Part shown: piece after piece, positions 18,473-26,281 of the stretch
How positions within the stretch are numbered: position 1 is the stretch's first letter
How the letters are laid out: every line of letters begins with the position of its first letter
Source: Archaeoglobi archaeon JdFR-42
GTDB lineage: Archaea > Halobacteriota > Archaeoglobi > Archaeoglobales > JdFR-42
Reading direction: 5' to 3'
DNA length: 64,000 bases
Assembly (NCBI GenBank): GCA_002010305.1
Contig: MTND01000027.1
Coordinates: 50,514 to 114,513, forward strand
Notes under the pieces: generated by a model
What the model saw: only the letters and a program-made list of their open reading frames with translations
Database searches by the model: none
Told to the model about the DNA's origin: nothing
Translations under genes and position numbers: made by a program

Positions 18473-19624
18473 TTAAAATAATGGCTCAATATCTTCATCA
18501 AATAATTGCATCTTTCTCTCTTCTCTAATCTTTTCAGCCTCCTTAATACCTTCTTTCGCTTCTGAAGCTATTTTTTGAAGTTCTTTCACTCTCGGGACTT
18601 CAGTTACGTTTGCAAGAAGCACTACAGAGGCTATATACTTACTCCTTGTGGGGTAATCTCCAGCTCTGACTTCAACTCCGTTAATGTTACCTTCAAGCCA
18701 GCTCTTGGCTTTTTCAATTCCCTTTCTATCCAGATATTCGTGAGGACCTGCCACTAGAATTAAGGCTCTCTCAGCACTATGTATCTCACAAGGGATTGTT
18801 AATCGACCCAATGCAGCACGTCTAACGAGGGACGCAATCTTGGTGGCTGTATCACTCTCAAAGGCCTCTTCTTTTTCTCTGGAGAAAAAACTTCGTTTTT
18901 TCCGATTCTCTGCTATATAAGCAGCATATCCAATGGATGAAATTCCACCGCCCCTAAGGGTGTTTATGATTTCTGAGCTATCCACTACCATTTCTCCTAT
19001 CTGATCGATGTCGGATCCTTCTCCGGATCTGAAGAGGATTCCAAGCCTCCGGACGATCTCTTCGTTAATCTTTCTGTATGAGTCCCTGAGTGAGATCCCT
19101 TCATATTTCCAGGCTCCATTATCAAATAAAATTAAATTATCGGTTTCTTTAACCAGTGTCACCATTGAGCGAGCAGCATTGAGGGAGTAAAGGGAGCCTT
19201 CTTCTGGAGCTGGAAGAACTCCGAAGGCGTAAACCGGTTCAGAATACATTTTTGAAAGATAGTGCGCCAGAACAGGAGCTCCACCAGAGCCTGTTCCACC
19301 ACCCAGACCTGCAATAATTAGAAATGCATCAACATCGTGAGTTCCCATATTGTCTATTTCACTTAGAATAGTCTCTATCTCTTCCCGGGTAATTTTGGCA
19401 CCCATGGCATTATCAGTTCCCACACCATGTCCCTTGACGTAGGTCTGCCCTATGAGTATTCTATGTCTCATCGGAACATTTTTCAGCCCGAGGAGGTCTG
19501 TTCTTGCTGTGTTCACTGCTAGAGCTTGCATCTTGGTTTTATGGGTTGTTCGTTTCTCATGCTCAAGGAACAGATCCAGTATTTTGCCACCTGCTTGTCC
19601 AAAGCCAATTGCGAATACTCTCAT
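18473..19624 (-). CDS. cetZ: CetZ-like tubulin/FtsZ-superfamily GTPase
   Basis: T1 GFGQAGGK, T4 signature GLGGGTGSGGAP, VVDSSEIINTL (T7-like), acidic C-terminal tail DEDIEPLF. GGAG lies 8 nt upstream of the ATG. Confidence 0.85.
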   Translation of the reverse strand: MRVFAIGFGQAGGKILDLFLEHEKRTTHKTKMQALAVNTARTDLLGLKNVPMRHRILIGQTYVKGHGVGTDNAMGAKITREEIETILSEIDNMGTHDVDAFLIIAGLGGGTGSGGAPVLAHYLSKMYSEPVYAFGVLPAPEEGSLYSLNAARSMVTLVKETDNLILFDNGAWKYEGISLRDSYRKINEEIVRRLGILFRSGEGSDIDQIGEMVVDSSEIINTLRGGGISSIGYAAYIAENRKKRSFFSREKEEAFESDTATKIASLVRRAALGRLTIPCEIHSAERALILVAGPHEYLDRKGIEKAKSWLEGNINGVEVRAGDYPTRSKYIASVVLLANVTEVPRVKELQKIASEAKEGIKEAEKIREERKMQLFDEDIEPLF

Positions 19625-19680
19625 GTTAGATCTCCGTTGATTGTTGTTAGGTATTGATATTTAACTTTTTGGAACTTCTA

Positions 19681-19731
19681 TTGACAAAGTTATAAAGCTA
19701 TGCTTTACGAATTGTTATCTGTAACTGACAA
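19681..19731. repeat. Composite palindromic element, subfamily II (order P1-P2 on + strand)
   Basis: P1 at 19690-19710 is TTATAAAGC-TAT-GCTTTACGA. P2 at 19712-19731 is TTGTTATCTGTAACTGACAA. An extra TTGACAA half-site lies at 19681-19687. Confidence 0.75.
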
Positions 19732-19771
19732 AGGTGTGAAGATCAGCACTCTAGGCTGTAAATCTATAGCG

Positions 19772-20791
19772 TCATGCAAAGTCTTCAAGGGAGAGTCCTT
19801 TAATACCCGAGAACATAACCACTACTGACAGGTATTTCGATTTAGGGATAGGAAAATCGCCCCATCGAACCTCAGCCATTGGAGCTAGATCTTCTAGAGT
19901 TGTAATACATCCAAAAAATCCGTCCATGGTTATCTCCATTGGAGGACCGGTTATGATAATTAAAACACTACGTGCAGATTTGAAATCAGATCTTACACTG
20001 AGGTTATCATAAATGGCCTCTTTCATGAGTTCCAAGACTCTAGAGGTTTTGTATCCTGCAACATCCTTTTTTCGTCTGGAGAAAATTCGATCAAGGATGC
20101 TCCGGGGGATCTTTTTCCTTGCCACTCCCACTGCTGAGATCCCTCCTTTCTTAAGAGTATTGAAGAAATCTGATGTATCAATAACAACTTCAGAATGATC
20201 TTTTCGTTTGTATTCACTTTCTCCTACCACAGCAAACAGATTCATCAAATTAACGATTTTCATATTGATTTTTTTAAAATCCTCAAAAGAGGTTGCGGGT
20301 CTACCTTCCACTATGTTTTCAAAAAGAATGAGAGTATCCACCGCCTTTCCTGTATTCTGGATTTTGGAAGGAATTTTTTTAATAAAGAAATCGGGAGTAT
20401 CGATAGAAGGTACAACACCTATGGAAAACACAGGCTCTTCAAAAATCTCTTTCAATTTTTTAGCCAGTTTTTCTGCGATTATTGTTCCAAAATCACTTTC
20501 AAGGCTTAAAATTATCAAAAACGCATCGATGGGCTCCCTCTCTTCTGATAAAATATTTACAAGGGATATTAGGTCCTTTTTTTCGAGGAGATCTGTTTCC
20601 GATATGAATCCAGAAGGTATATGAAATTTCCTCTCTACAGGTACATTTTTAAGGCTTCTGAGGTGATTAATGTCGTTGTCTATCAGAAAACATCTGAACA
20701 AAGTATTCTCAGGACTTCTGATCCCCTCTTTTTGAAGGAGGTCGGCTATATTGCACCCAGCTCCACCACATCCTATGGCAAGAACTCTCAT
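19772..20791 (-). CDS. Divergent tubulin/CetZ-like paralog lacking the GGGTGSG nucleotide-binding signature
   Basis: Aligns without gaps to the neighbour around DAFLII. GLGGGTGSGGAPVLA is replaced by SLESDFGTIIAEKLA. T1-like GCGGAGCN and VIDTSDFFNTLKKGGISAVG are retained. Confidence 0.7.
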   Translation of the reverse strand: MRVLAIGCGGAGCNIADLLQKEGIRSPENTLFRCFLIDNDINHLRSLKNVPVERKFHIPSGFISETDLLEKKDLISLVNILSEEREPIDAFLIILSLESDFGTIIAEKLAKKLKEIFEEPVFSIGVVPSIDTPDFFIKKIPSKIQNTGKAVDTLILFENIVEGRPATSFEDFKKINMKIVNLMNLFAVVGESEYKRKDHSEVVIDTSDFFNTLKKGGISAVGVARKKIPRSILDRIFSRRKKDVAGYKTSRVLELMKEAIYDNLSVRSDFKSARSVLIIITGPPMEITMDGFFGCITTLEDLAPMAEVRWGDFPIPKSKYLSVVVMFSGIKGLSLEDFA

Positions 20792-20815
20792 TCGTCATCC
20801 CCATCCATATTTGTA

Positions 20816-20857
20816 TTGTCAATATAAACTGACATTTTGTAAAGCTATACTTTACAA
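20816..20857. repeat. Composite palindromic element, subfamily II (order P2-P1 on + strand)
   Basis: P2 at 20816-20834 is TTGTCAATATAAACTGACA. P1 at 20837-20857 is TTGTAAAGC-TAT-ACTTTACAA. Confidence 0.75.
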
Positions 20858-20950
20858 TAGTGTTGATGTGTATTTATTATAAGTATCTTTACTTGCCGTC
20901 ATACAAATGTAGAGAATTGAACCTATAGAACTCTTCACCTTTTGCAAACC

Positions 20951-20958
20951 TTTATATT
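20951..20958 (+). promoter_or_regulatory. TATA-like box for apgM
   Basis: TTTATATT lies about 25 nt upstream of the ATG at 20983. Confidence 0.4.
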
Positions 20959-20982
20959 TTTCTGAATGGTTGCCATCAGTAA

Positions 20983-22134
20983 ATGAGAATAAAATATTTG
21001 GTGGTTATAGGAGATGGAATGGCCGATTACCCCCTCTCTGATTTGAAGGGAAAGACACCTTTAGAGGTAGCTCATACTCCATTCCTGGACTGGATTACAG
21101 AAAACGGTGCTATGGGTATTACTTCCACTATTCCTCACGGATACGAGCCGGGAAGCGATATAGCCAATCTATCTATCCTAGGATATGATCCTGCTAGGTA
21201 TTACACCGGGAGAGGACCATTGGAAGCGCTTGGCAGAGGAATAGAAGTAGCGGAGAACTCTGTAATTTTTCGATGCAATCTGGTCTATGTAGAGAATGGT
21301 ATTATGAAAGATTATAGCGCAGGTCATATTTCTTCCAAAGAAGCAAAAAGGGCTCTCAAAGAGTTATCAGAGTTTTTAGATGAGAATGTACGATTGATTC
21401 CAGGGGTCAGTTACAGGAATTTACTGGTGGTTCATGGGAAATTTGGAGATATAATAACATACCCCCCCCATGATATAGTTGGTAGATCTATTACAGAGCA
21501 TTTTCCTCAAGGAGATCCAGAACTTGGAGAGATACTCACAACATTGATGAAAAAGTCCATTGAAATACTTCCGGAGATAACTAATAAGGCAAATATGATC
21601 TGGCCTTGGGGAGGTGGAAAACCAGCACACCTTCCCCCCTTTTCAAAAAAATATGGTGTCAGTGGTGGTATGATATCTGCAGTAGATCTTCTCAGGGGGA
21701 TTGGAAGGGCGGCAGGGATGGAAGTTATTGAAGTCCCTGGAGTAACAGGATATATCGATACCAATTATGAAGGAAAGGCGAAATATGCCATAGAAGCTCT
21801 TGAAAGGATGGATTTCGTCTACGTTCATGTGGAAGGAATTGATGAGGCTTCTCATGAGGGCGATCTCGATAAGAAGATCCAGGCGATAGAAGATTTTGAC
21901 AAACGATTTCTATCGATATTGCTGGATGAAATGGATCAGGAAAGAACACGCGTTTTAGTGATGCCAGATCATGCGACTCCTTTGAAAGTCCAGACTCACA
22001 CATCCGATCCTGTGCCTTTTGCTCTGTACGGGAAAGAAAAGGATTCAACTAAATCGTTCTCTGAAAAAAATGGAAAGACAGGTGCTTTTGGCCACATAAA
22101 TGCCCTTAAACTTATGGATTTACTCATCCAGTAG
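20983..22134 (+). CDS. apgM: 2,3-bisphosphoglycerate-independent phosphoglycerate mutase, archaeal type
   Basis: VVIGDGMADYP, GSDIANLSILGYDP, HVEGIDEASHEGD, MPDHATP. Confidence 0.9.
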   Translation: MRIKYLVVIGDGMADYPLSDLKGKTPLEVAHTPFLDWITENGAMGITSTIPHGYEPGSDIANLSILGYDPARYYTGRGPLEALGRGIEVAENSVIFRCNLVYVENGIMKDYSAGHISSKEAKRALKELSEFLDENVRLIPGVSYRNLLVVHGKFGDIITYPPHDIVGRSITEHFPQGDPELGEILTTLMKKSIEILPEITNKANMIWPWGGGKPAHLPPFSKKYGVSGGMISAVDLLRGIGRAAGMEVIEVPGVTGYIDTNYEGKAKYAIEALERMDFVYVHVEGIDEASHEGDLDKKIQAIEDFDKRFLSILLDEMDQERTRVLVMPDHATPLKVQTHTSDPVPFALYGKEKDSTKSFSEKNGKTGAFGHINALKLMDLLIQ

Positions 22135-22137
22135 ATA

Positions 22138-22178
22138 TTGTAAAGCTATGATTTACAATTGTTAATTTACATTGACAG
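22138..22178. repeat. Composite palindromic element, subfamily II (order P1-P2), filling the convergent apgM/cobT-like spacer
   Basis: P1 at 22138-22158 is TTGTAAAGC-TAT-GATTTACAA. P2 at 22159-22178 is TTGTTAATTTACATTGACAG. Positions 22152-22177 match the reverse complement of the 23322 copy at 25/26. Confidence 0.8.
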
Positions 22179-22180
22179 AT

Positions 22181-23248
22181 CTAACGCTGGAGACCTTTTT
22201 CAATTACTGCAGTATACTCTTTTTCAATTTGTTTCAATACAGTATTGCCGTCTAGTCCAGATAACAGGGCCAAAAGGACTGAGCCACCTGCACCGACCCC
22301 TTCCTTAACAAATCCCTCACTGTAGGCTCTTAATCCTGGTTTTGCAGATGCATCGAGACCGGGGTCAACAGCTACCATAGGCATATCCACTATGGAGGTG
22401 ATATCCGATGATTCATCTTCTGCCACGTATATGGTGGTGGCAAGGATACACCTTTTGAACCCGTCCTTGTCTATACTTTCCAGTAATTTTCCGACAGTTG
22501 CCATTTGCGTCCCTCCAGCCAGGACCACAGGGACGTTAGAGCCTTTCACAAGCCCAATGGTTGCTACCATCATGGGATCTCCGAATTTTACAAGAGCTTC
22601 CATGGGATCAGTATCTCCTGGCTGAAGATTCTCTCTTTTGAGAGCATCTGCCACAACTCTCTTTTTCAAGTCAGTAGGGTTCTCAGGCATGCTACTGGAG
22701 ACAAAGGACTCAACACCGAGTGCCCTTAATACAGCCAGAGCCGTGGTTGTCCCTCCAGGAATGCTCTCGCCGATCACAAGGAAATCGCATATTTTTGAAA
22801 ACTCTTTTCCGAGGATCTCTGATCTTTCCATACTCTCTCTAACAACTTCATGATCCATTGCACTTTTCTCAGAAATGTTATTTCCAGGGGGCATCTCTAG
22901 TGTTAGATATGGAATCTTGGGTTTGATGATACATCCTGATTCAACTACAAAGAATGGCGTCTTCGTTGTTCTCAACATAGAATATGTCATCAATGCTGGA
23001 GTTGGTTTACCATCCGGAGTAGCTGGGACACCAGGTATAGATTTACATTTTCCGTAATACAGTAACTCAGCATCAGCAGGAGGGGTGTATTTGATTAAAT
23101 CAGGGTTCTCTCCCGCTACGGTAATCCCAGGAATCTCAGCTGTCATTGTATTGGATATAACCGCTATAAAAAGAGGTCTTTTCTCTGATAATGTCTCAAT
23201 AATCTTTTTTCCTTCTTGACTTTTCTGGATAAATCTTACTTCTTGCAT
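22181..23248 (-). CDS. UPF0284/TIGR00303-like protein (archaeal CobT-type phosphoribosyltransferase candidate)
   Basis: ISNTMTAEIPGITVAGENP and GESIPGGTTTA blocks. I prefer the ATG at 23248; the track TTG start at 23341 runs into the palindromic element. Confidence 0.55.
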   Translation of the reverse strand: MQEVRFIQKSQEGKKIIETLSEKRPLFIAVISNTMTAEIPGITVAGENPDLIKYTPPADAELLYYGKCKSIPGVPATPDGKPTPALMTYSMLRTTKTPFFVVESGCIIKPKIPYLTLEMPPGNNISEKSAMDHEVVRESMERSEILGKEFSKICDFLVIGESIPGGTTTALAVLRALGVESFVSSSMPENPTDLKKRVVADALKRENLQPGDTDPMEALVKFGDPMMVATIGLVKGSNVPVVLAGGTQMATVGKLLESIDKDGFKRCILATTIYVAEDESSDITSIVDMPMVAVDPGLDASAKPGLRAYSEGFVKEGVGAGGSVLLALLSGLDGNTVLKQIEKEYTAVIEKGLQR

Positions 23249-23321
23249 GGTGACATGAATAATCAAAAGAATAAAAAAAGTTTTGGGATGTAATACATAT
23301 GTTTTACAAAAGTCCCTAATT

Positions 23322-23362
23322 TTGTCAATGTAAATTGACAATTGTAAAGCTATGCTTCATGA
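23322..23362. repeat. Composite palindromic element, subfamily II (order P2-P1)
   Basis: P2 at 23322-23341 is TTGTCAATGTAAATTGACAA. P1 at 23342-23362 is TTGTAAAGC-TAT-GCTTCATGA (right arm degenerate). Confidence 0.8.
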
Positions 23363-23444
23363 TTTTACTAGCTCTGTTAAAGGGACTATAAATCTATGAT
23401 TTGTCGAGTTATCAACTTTTACAGTCAAATTGGATTTTTGACTT

Positions 23445-24335
23445 TCAGTATCCGATCTCATCTAGGCGTTCCCTCAGGATGGATGCAGATATTTTCAGTC
23501 TCTCCAGCTCATCCTGAGTGAGTTCGTACTCTACGATCTCTTCAACACCATCCTTTCCAAGGATTGCTGGTACTCCAAGAGCCACATCAGTGATACCATA
23601 CTCTCCATTGAGGGTTACGCTTGTAGGGAACTCCTCGTTGGTATCTTCCAGTACTGCTTTTATCATCCTTGCCACACAGTTAGCAGGCGCATAAAAAGTT
23701 GCTCCTTTTCGTTTTATGATTTCCATACCTCTTTCCCGTGTTTTTTGTTCAATAGAATCCCAATCAACATCCCCGTTATCGATTTTAGATATACTCTTTG
23801 TAACCACCATGCTATCCCCGTGTTCTCCTAAAACATATGCTTTCACTTTCTTTGCCCCGGATAACAGCAATTGTTCTTTAAGCCTCATCGTATCATGGAT
23901 AGACCCCATCCCGAAAACTTCGCCTCTTCGCTTCCCACTTTCTTTATAGGCAACATAAGTAAGCAGATCCAAAGGATTTGTTATCATCAGGATCAGAGAA
24001 TTAGGGGCATACTCAATGACATTTTTTACTATGTCTTTTATAATACTAACATTGGTGCTTGTCAGATCTAGTCTTGTCATCCCAGGTTTTCTGGCCATAC
24101 CGGCCGAAATGGCTACAATATCTGAGTTTTTTATGAGACCATAGTCGTTGCCGCCGACGATTTTAACGTTTTTATCAATGGCAACAGCAGAAGTGCTTAG
24201 GTCCATCGCTTCTCCTTCTGCCAGTTCTTTAACGACATCAACGAGAGCAATACTTTCAATATCTATCATGTGAAGGCATGCAAAGGCAGATGTAGACCCT
24301 ATTCGTCCGGCGCCTATGAAACCTATTTTTGTCAT
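23445..24335 (-). CDS. mdh: Malate dehydrogenase (LDH-like MDH)
   Basis: GFIGAGRIGST Rossmann motif, AGMARKPGMTRLDL, ITNPLD, GEHGDS. Confidence 0.85.
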   Translation of the reverse strand: MTKIGFIGAGRIGSTSAFACLHMIDIESIALVDVVKELAEGEAMDLSTSAVAIDKNVKIVGGNDYGLIKNSDIVAISAGMARKPGMTRLDLTSTNVSIIKDIVKNVIEYAPNSLILMITNPLDLLTYVAYKESGKRRGEVFGMGSIHDTMRLKEQLLLSGAKKVKAYVLGEHGDSMVVTKSISKIDNGDVDWDSIEQKTRERGMEIIKRKGATFYAPANCVARMIKAVLEDTNEEFPTSVTLNGEYGITDVALGVPAILGKDGVEEIVEYELTQDELERLKISASILRERLDEIGY

Positions 24336-24437
24336 TTTTATCCCATCCTGTTTTTTGGAACCATTGAGCTAACGAATATACCCAATTTAATGATTTCGAT
24401 ATATCATGTTTTAATCTTACTGCTGGATTCAGATTAG

Positions 24438-24779
24438 CTAATCAATTAAGGGAATCATACATAAAAGAATGAAATCATCCTCTCCTGTGTTTTTGTACTG
24501 GTGCAATGTATCTGGAGGCACAAAAACAACCATGTCTTTTGTTAGTTCGAATTCTCTATCTCCAATTCTTACTATTCCTTTTCCCTCAAGTACATAATTC
24601 TCATGTTCCCAGGGGTGAGAATGAAGGGGTGTATGTCCGTTGGGTTTGATTATAAATCGTCGCATGGCGAAAGTTTGGGCTCCAACAGTTTTATCGACCA
24701 GCCACTGCAATTCAACATTTTTTGCTCCACTCATATCCATTTTTTCTAGTTTTACTTCGTTTACTTTGCGGACAACCAT
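24438..24779 (-). CDS. Cupin domain protein
   Basis: GHTPLHSHPWEHENYVLEG ... FVPPDTLHQ two-motif cupin pattern. Confidence 0.75.
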   Translation of the reverse strand: MVVRKVNEVKLEKMDMSGAKNVELQWLVDKTVGAQTFAMRRFIIKPNGHTPLHSHPWEHENYVLEGKGIVRIGDREFELTKDMVVFVPPDTLHQYKNTGEDDFILLCMIPLID

Positions 24780-24807
24780 AAGAACTCACCCTTATCTCAT
24801 TGCTCCT

Positions 24808-25521
24808 TTACACTCCAAGGTATGCTTTACGTATTTCCTGAATATCAATGCACTCCGAGGGCTCTCCTTCTTTAACCACTTGTCCATTTTCAATTATATA
24901 GGTGTAGTCTGCAGTATGATATGAAACCAACACATTTTGTTCAACGAGAAGGATTGTGATTTCAAGTTCTTCTCTCAATTTTTTCAAAGTGTCCATAACC
25001 TGTTCCACGACAATTGGTGCAAGCCCTTGGCTGGGCTCATCCAGCATGATCAGTTTTGGACGGGTCATCAAGGCCCTGGCGATGGCCAGCATCTGTTGCT
25101 GTCCTCCACTGAGAGTTCCTGCTTTCTGAGTGCTTCGTTCTTTAAGAATTGGGAACAGGGTATAAACAATTTCCAGAGAGTCATCCAGTCTCTCTCTGGC
25201 CTGTTTTGTGTACGCACCAAGAATCAGATTCTCTTTTACAGTCATTCCACCGAAAAGATGTCTTCCCTCAAGAACCATGGACAACCCCCTCTCAACTTTT
25301 TTATGTGGAGGGAGCATAGTTACATCATCGCCATCATACGTGATTTTTCCGTTCCAGGGTTGTATCATTCCCATAATCGCCCTAAGTATAGTGGTTTTTC
25401 CAGCTCCATTTGGCCCTATGATCGTCGTGATGGATTGTTTCTCGGCTTTAATGGTAATACCCCATAATATTTGCATGGGCCCATATCCAGTTTCAAGATT
25501 TTCAGCCTCTAGCATCTCCAC
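24808..25521 (-). CDS. livF: Branched-chain amino acid ABC transporter ATP-binding protein LivF
   Basis: GPNGAGKTT, LSGGQQQMLAIARAL, LIMLDEPS. Confidence 0.9.
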   Translation of the reverse strand: MEMLEAENLETGYGPMQILWGITIKAEKQSITTIIGPNGAGKTTILRAIMGMIQPWNGKITYDGDDVTMLPPHKKVERGLSMVLEGRHLFGGMTVKENLILGAYTKQARERLDDSLEIVYTLFPILKERSTQKAGTLSGGQQQMLAIARALMTRPKLIMLDEPSQGLAPIVVEQVMDTLKKLREELEITILLVEQNVLVSYHTADYTYIIENGQVVKEGEPSECIDIQEIRKAYLGV

Positions 25522-26281
25522 TCTCTCCTATAGTCTGAGATGTACCAAAATACACTTCAGCAACTTCTTTCATTTTCAGGACCTCCATAGTAGCACCTTC
25601 AACCATTTTTTTCCCTTCGTTCATCACCATAACTCTTTCAGCGAATTTCATTACTGCAGGGATAACATGCTCCACCATGGCAACAGCCGCAATTTTTTCT
25701 TCTTCTTTAATTTTCTTTATCAAACTCACGATTTTGTCCACATCATTGGGATTCATTCCTGCGACCACTTCATCTAAGAGGAGTAACTTAGGTTTCATAG
25801 CGAGGGCTCTTGCCAGTTCCAGAAGTTTTTTCTCAACAGCAGTAAGTTTATCAGCCAGCTCAAGTCTTTTATCGCCAAGTCCTACTAAATCAATATAGTG
25901 GTCTGCAATGCTCATTGCTTCATCTACAGACATCTTTTCACCATGGGCTCCAAACATGGCTCCGACAGCAACGTTCTCTCTAACAGTAGCAGACCTAAAA
26001 GGTCTTGGAATCTGAAAAGATCTTGCAATACCGAGGGGCGCTCGCTTGAAGGCAGGTAGCTCTGTGATATCTTGATCTTCTAGGAAGATTCTCCCTTCAT
26101 CTGGCATATAGACACCGCTGATTAAGTTGAATAGTGTTGTTTTTCCACTGCCGTTTGGCCCTACTATTCCTATGCTATCTCCATGTTTGATCTCCAGAGA
26201 GACTTCATTTACTGCTACAAGGCCCCCGAATCGTTTGGTTACCTTTTCCAGTTTGAGCAATACCATTTTTAACACCCTCAA
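25502..26281 (-). CDS. livG: Branched-chain amino acid ABC transporter ATP-binding protein LivG
   Basis: GPNGSGKTT, RSFQIPRPF, LLLLDEVVAGMNP. Confidence 0.9.
   Translation of the reverse strand: MRVLKMVLLKLEKVTKRFGGLVAVNEVSLEIKHGDSIGIVGPNGSGKTTLFNLISGVYMPDEGRIFLEDQDITELPAFKRAPLGIARSFQIPRPFRSATVRENVAVGAMFGAHGEKMSVDEAMSIADHYIDLVGLGDKRLELADKLTAVEKKLLELARALAMKPKLLLLDEVVAGMNPNDVDKIVSLIKKIKEEEKIAAVAMVEHVIPAVMKFAERVMVMNEGKKMVEGATMEVLKMKEVAEVYFGTSQTIGESGDARG

Noticed and set aside
23249-23341. TTG-initiated extension of the cobT-like ORF
   Set aside because: It begins inside the palindromic element and adds a non-conserved hydrophobic leader. The internal ATG at 23248 gives the family-typical N-terminus.
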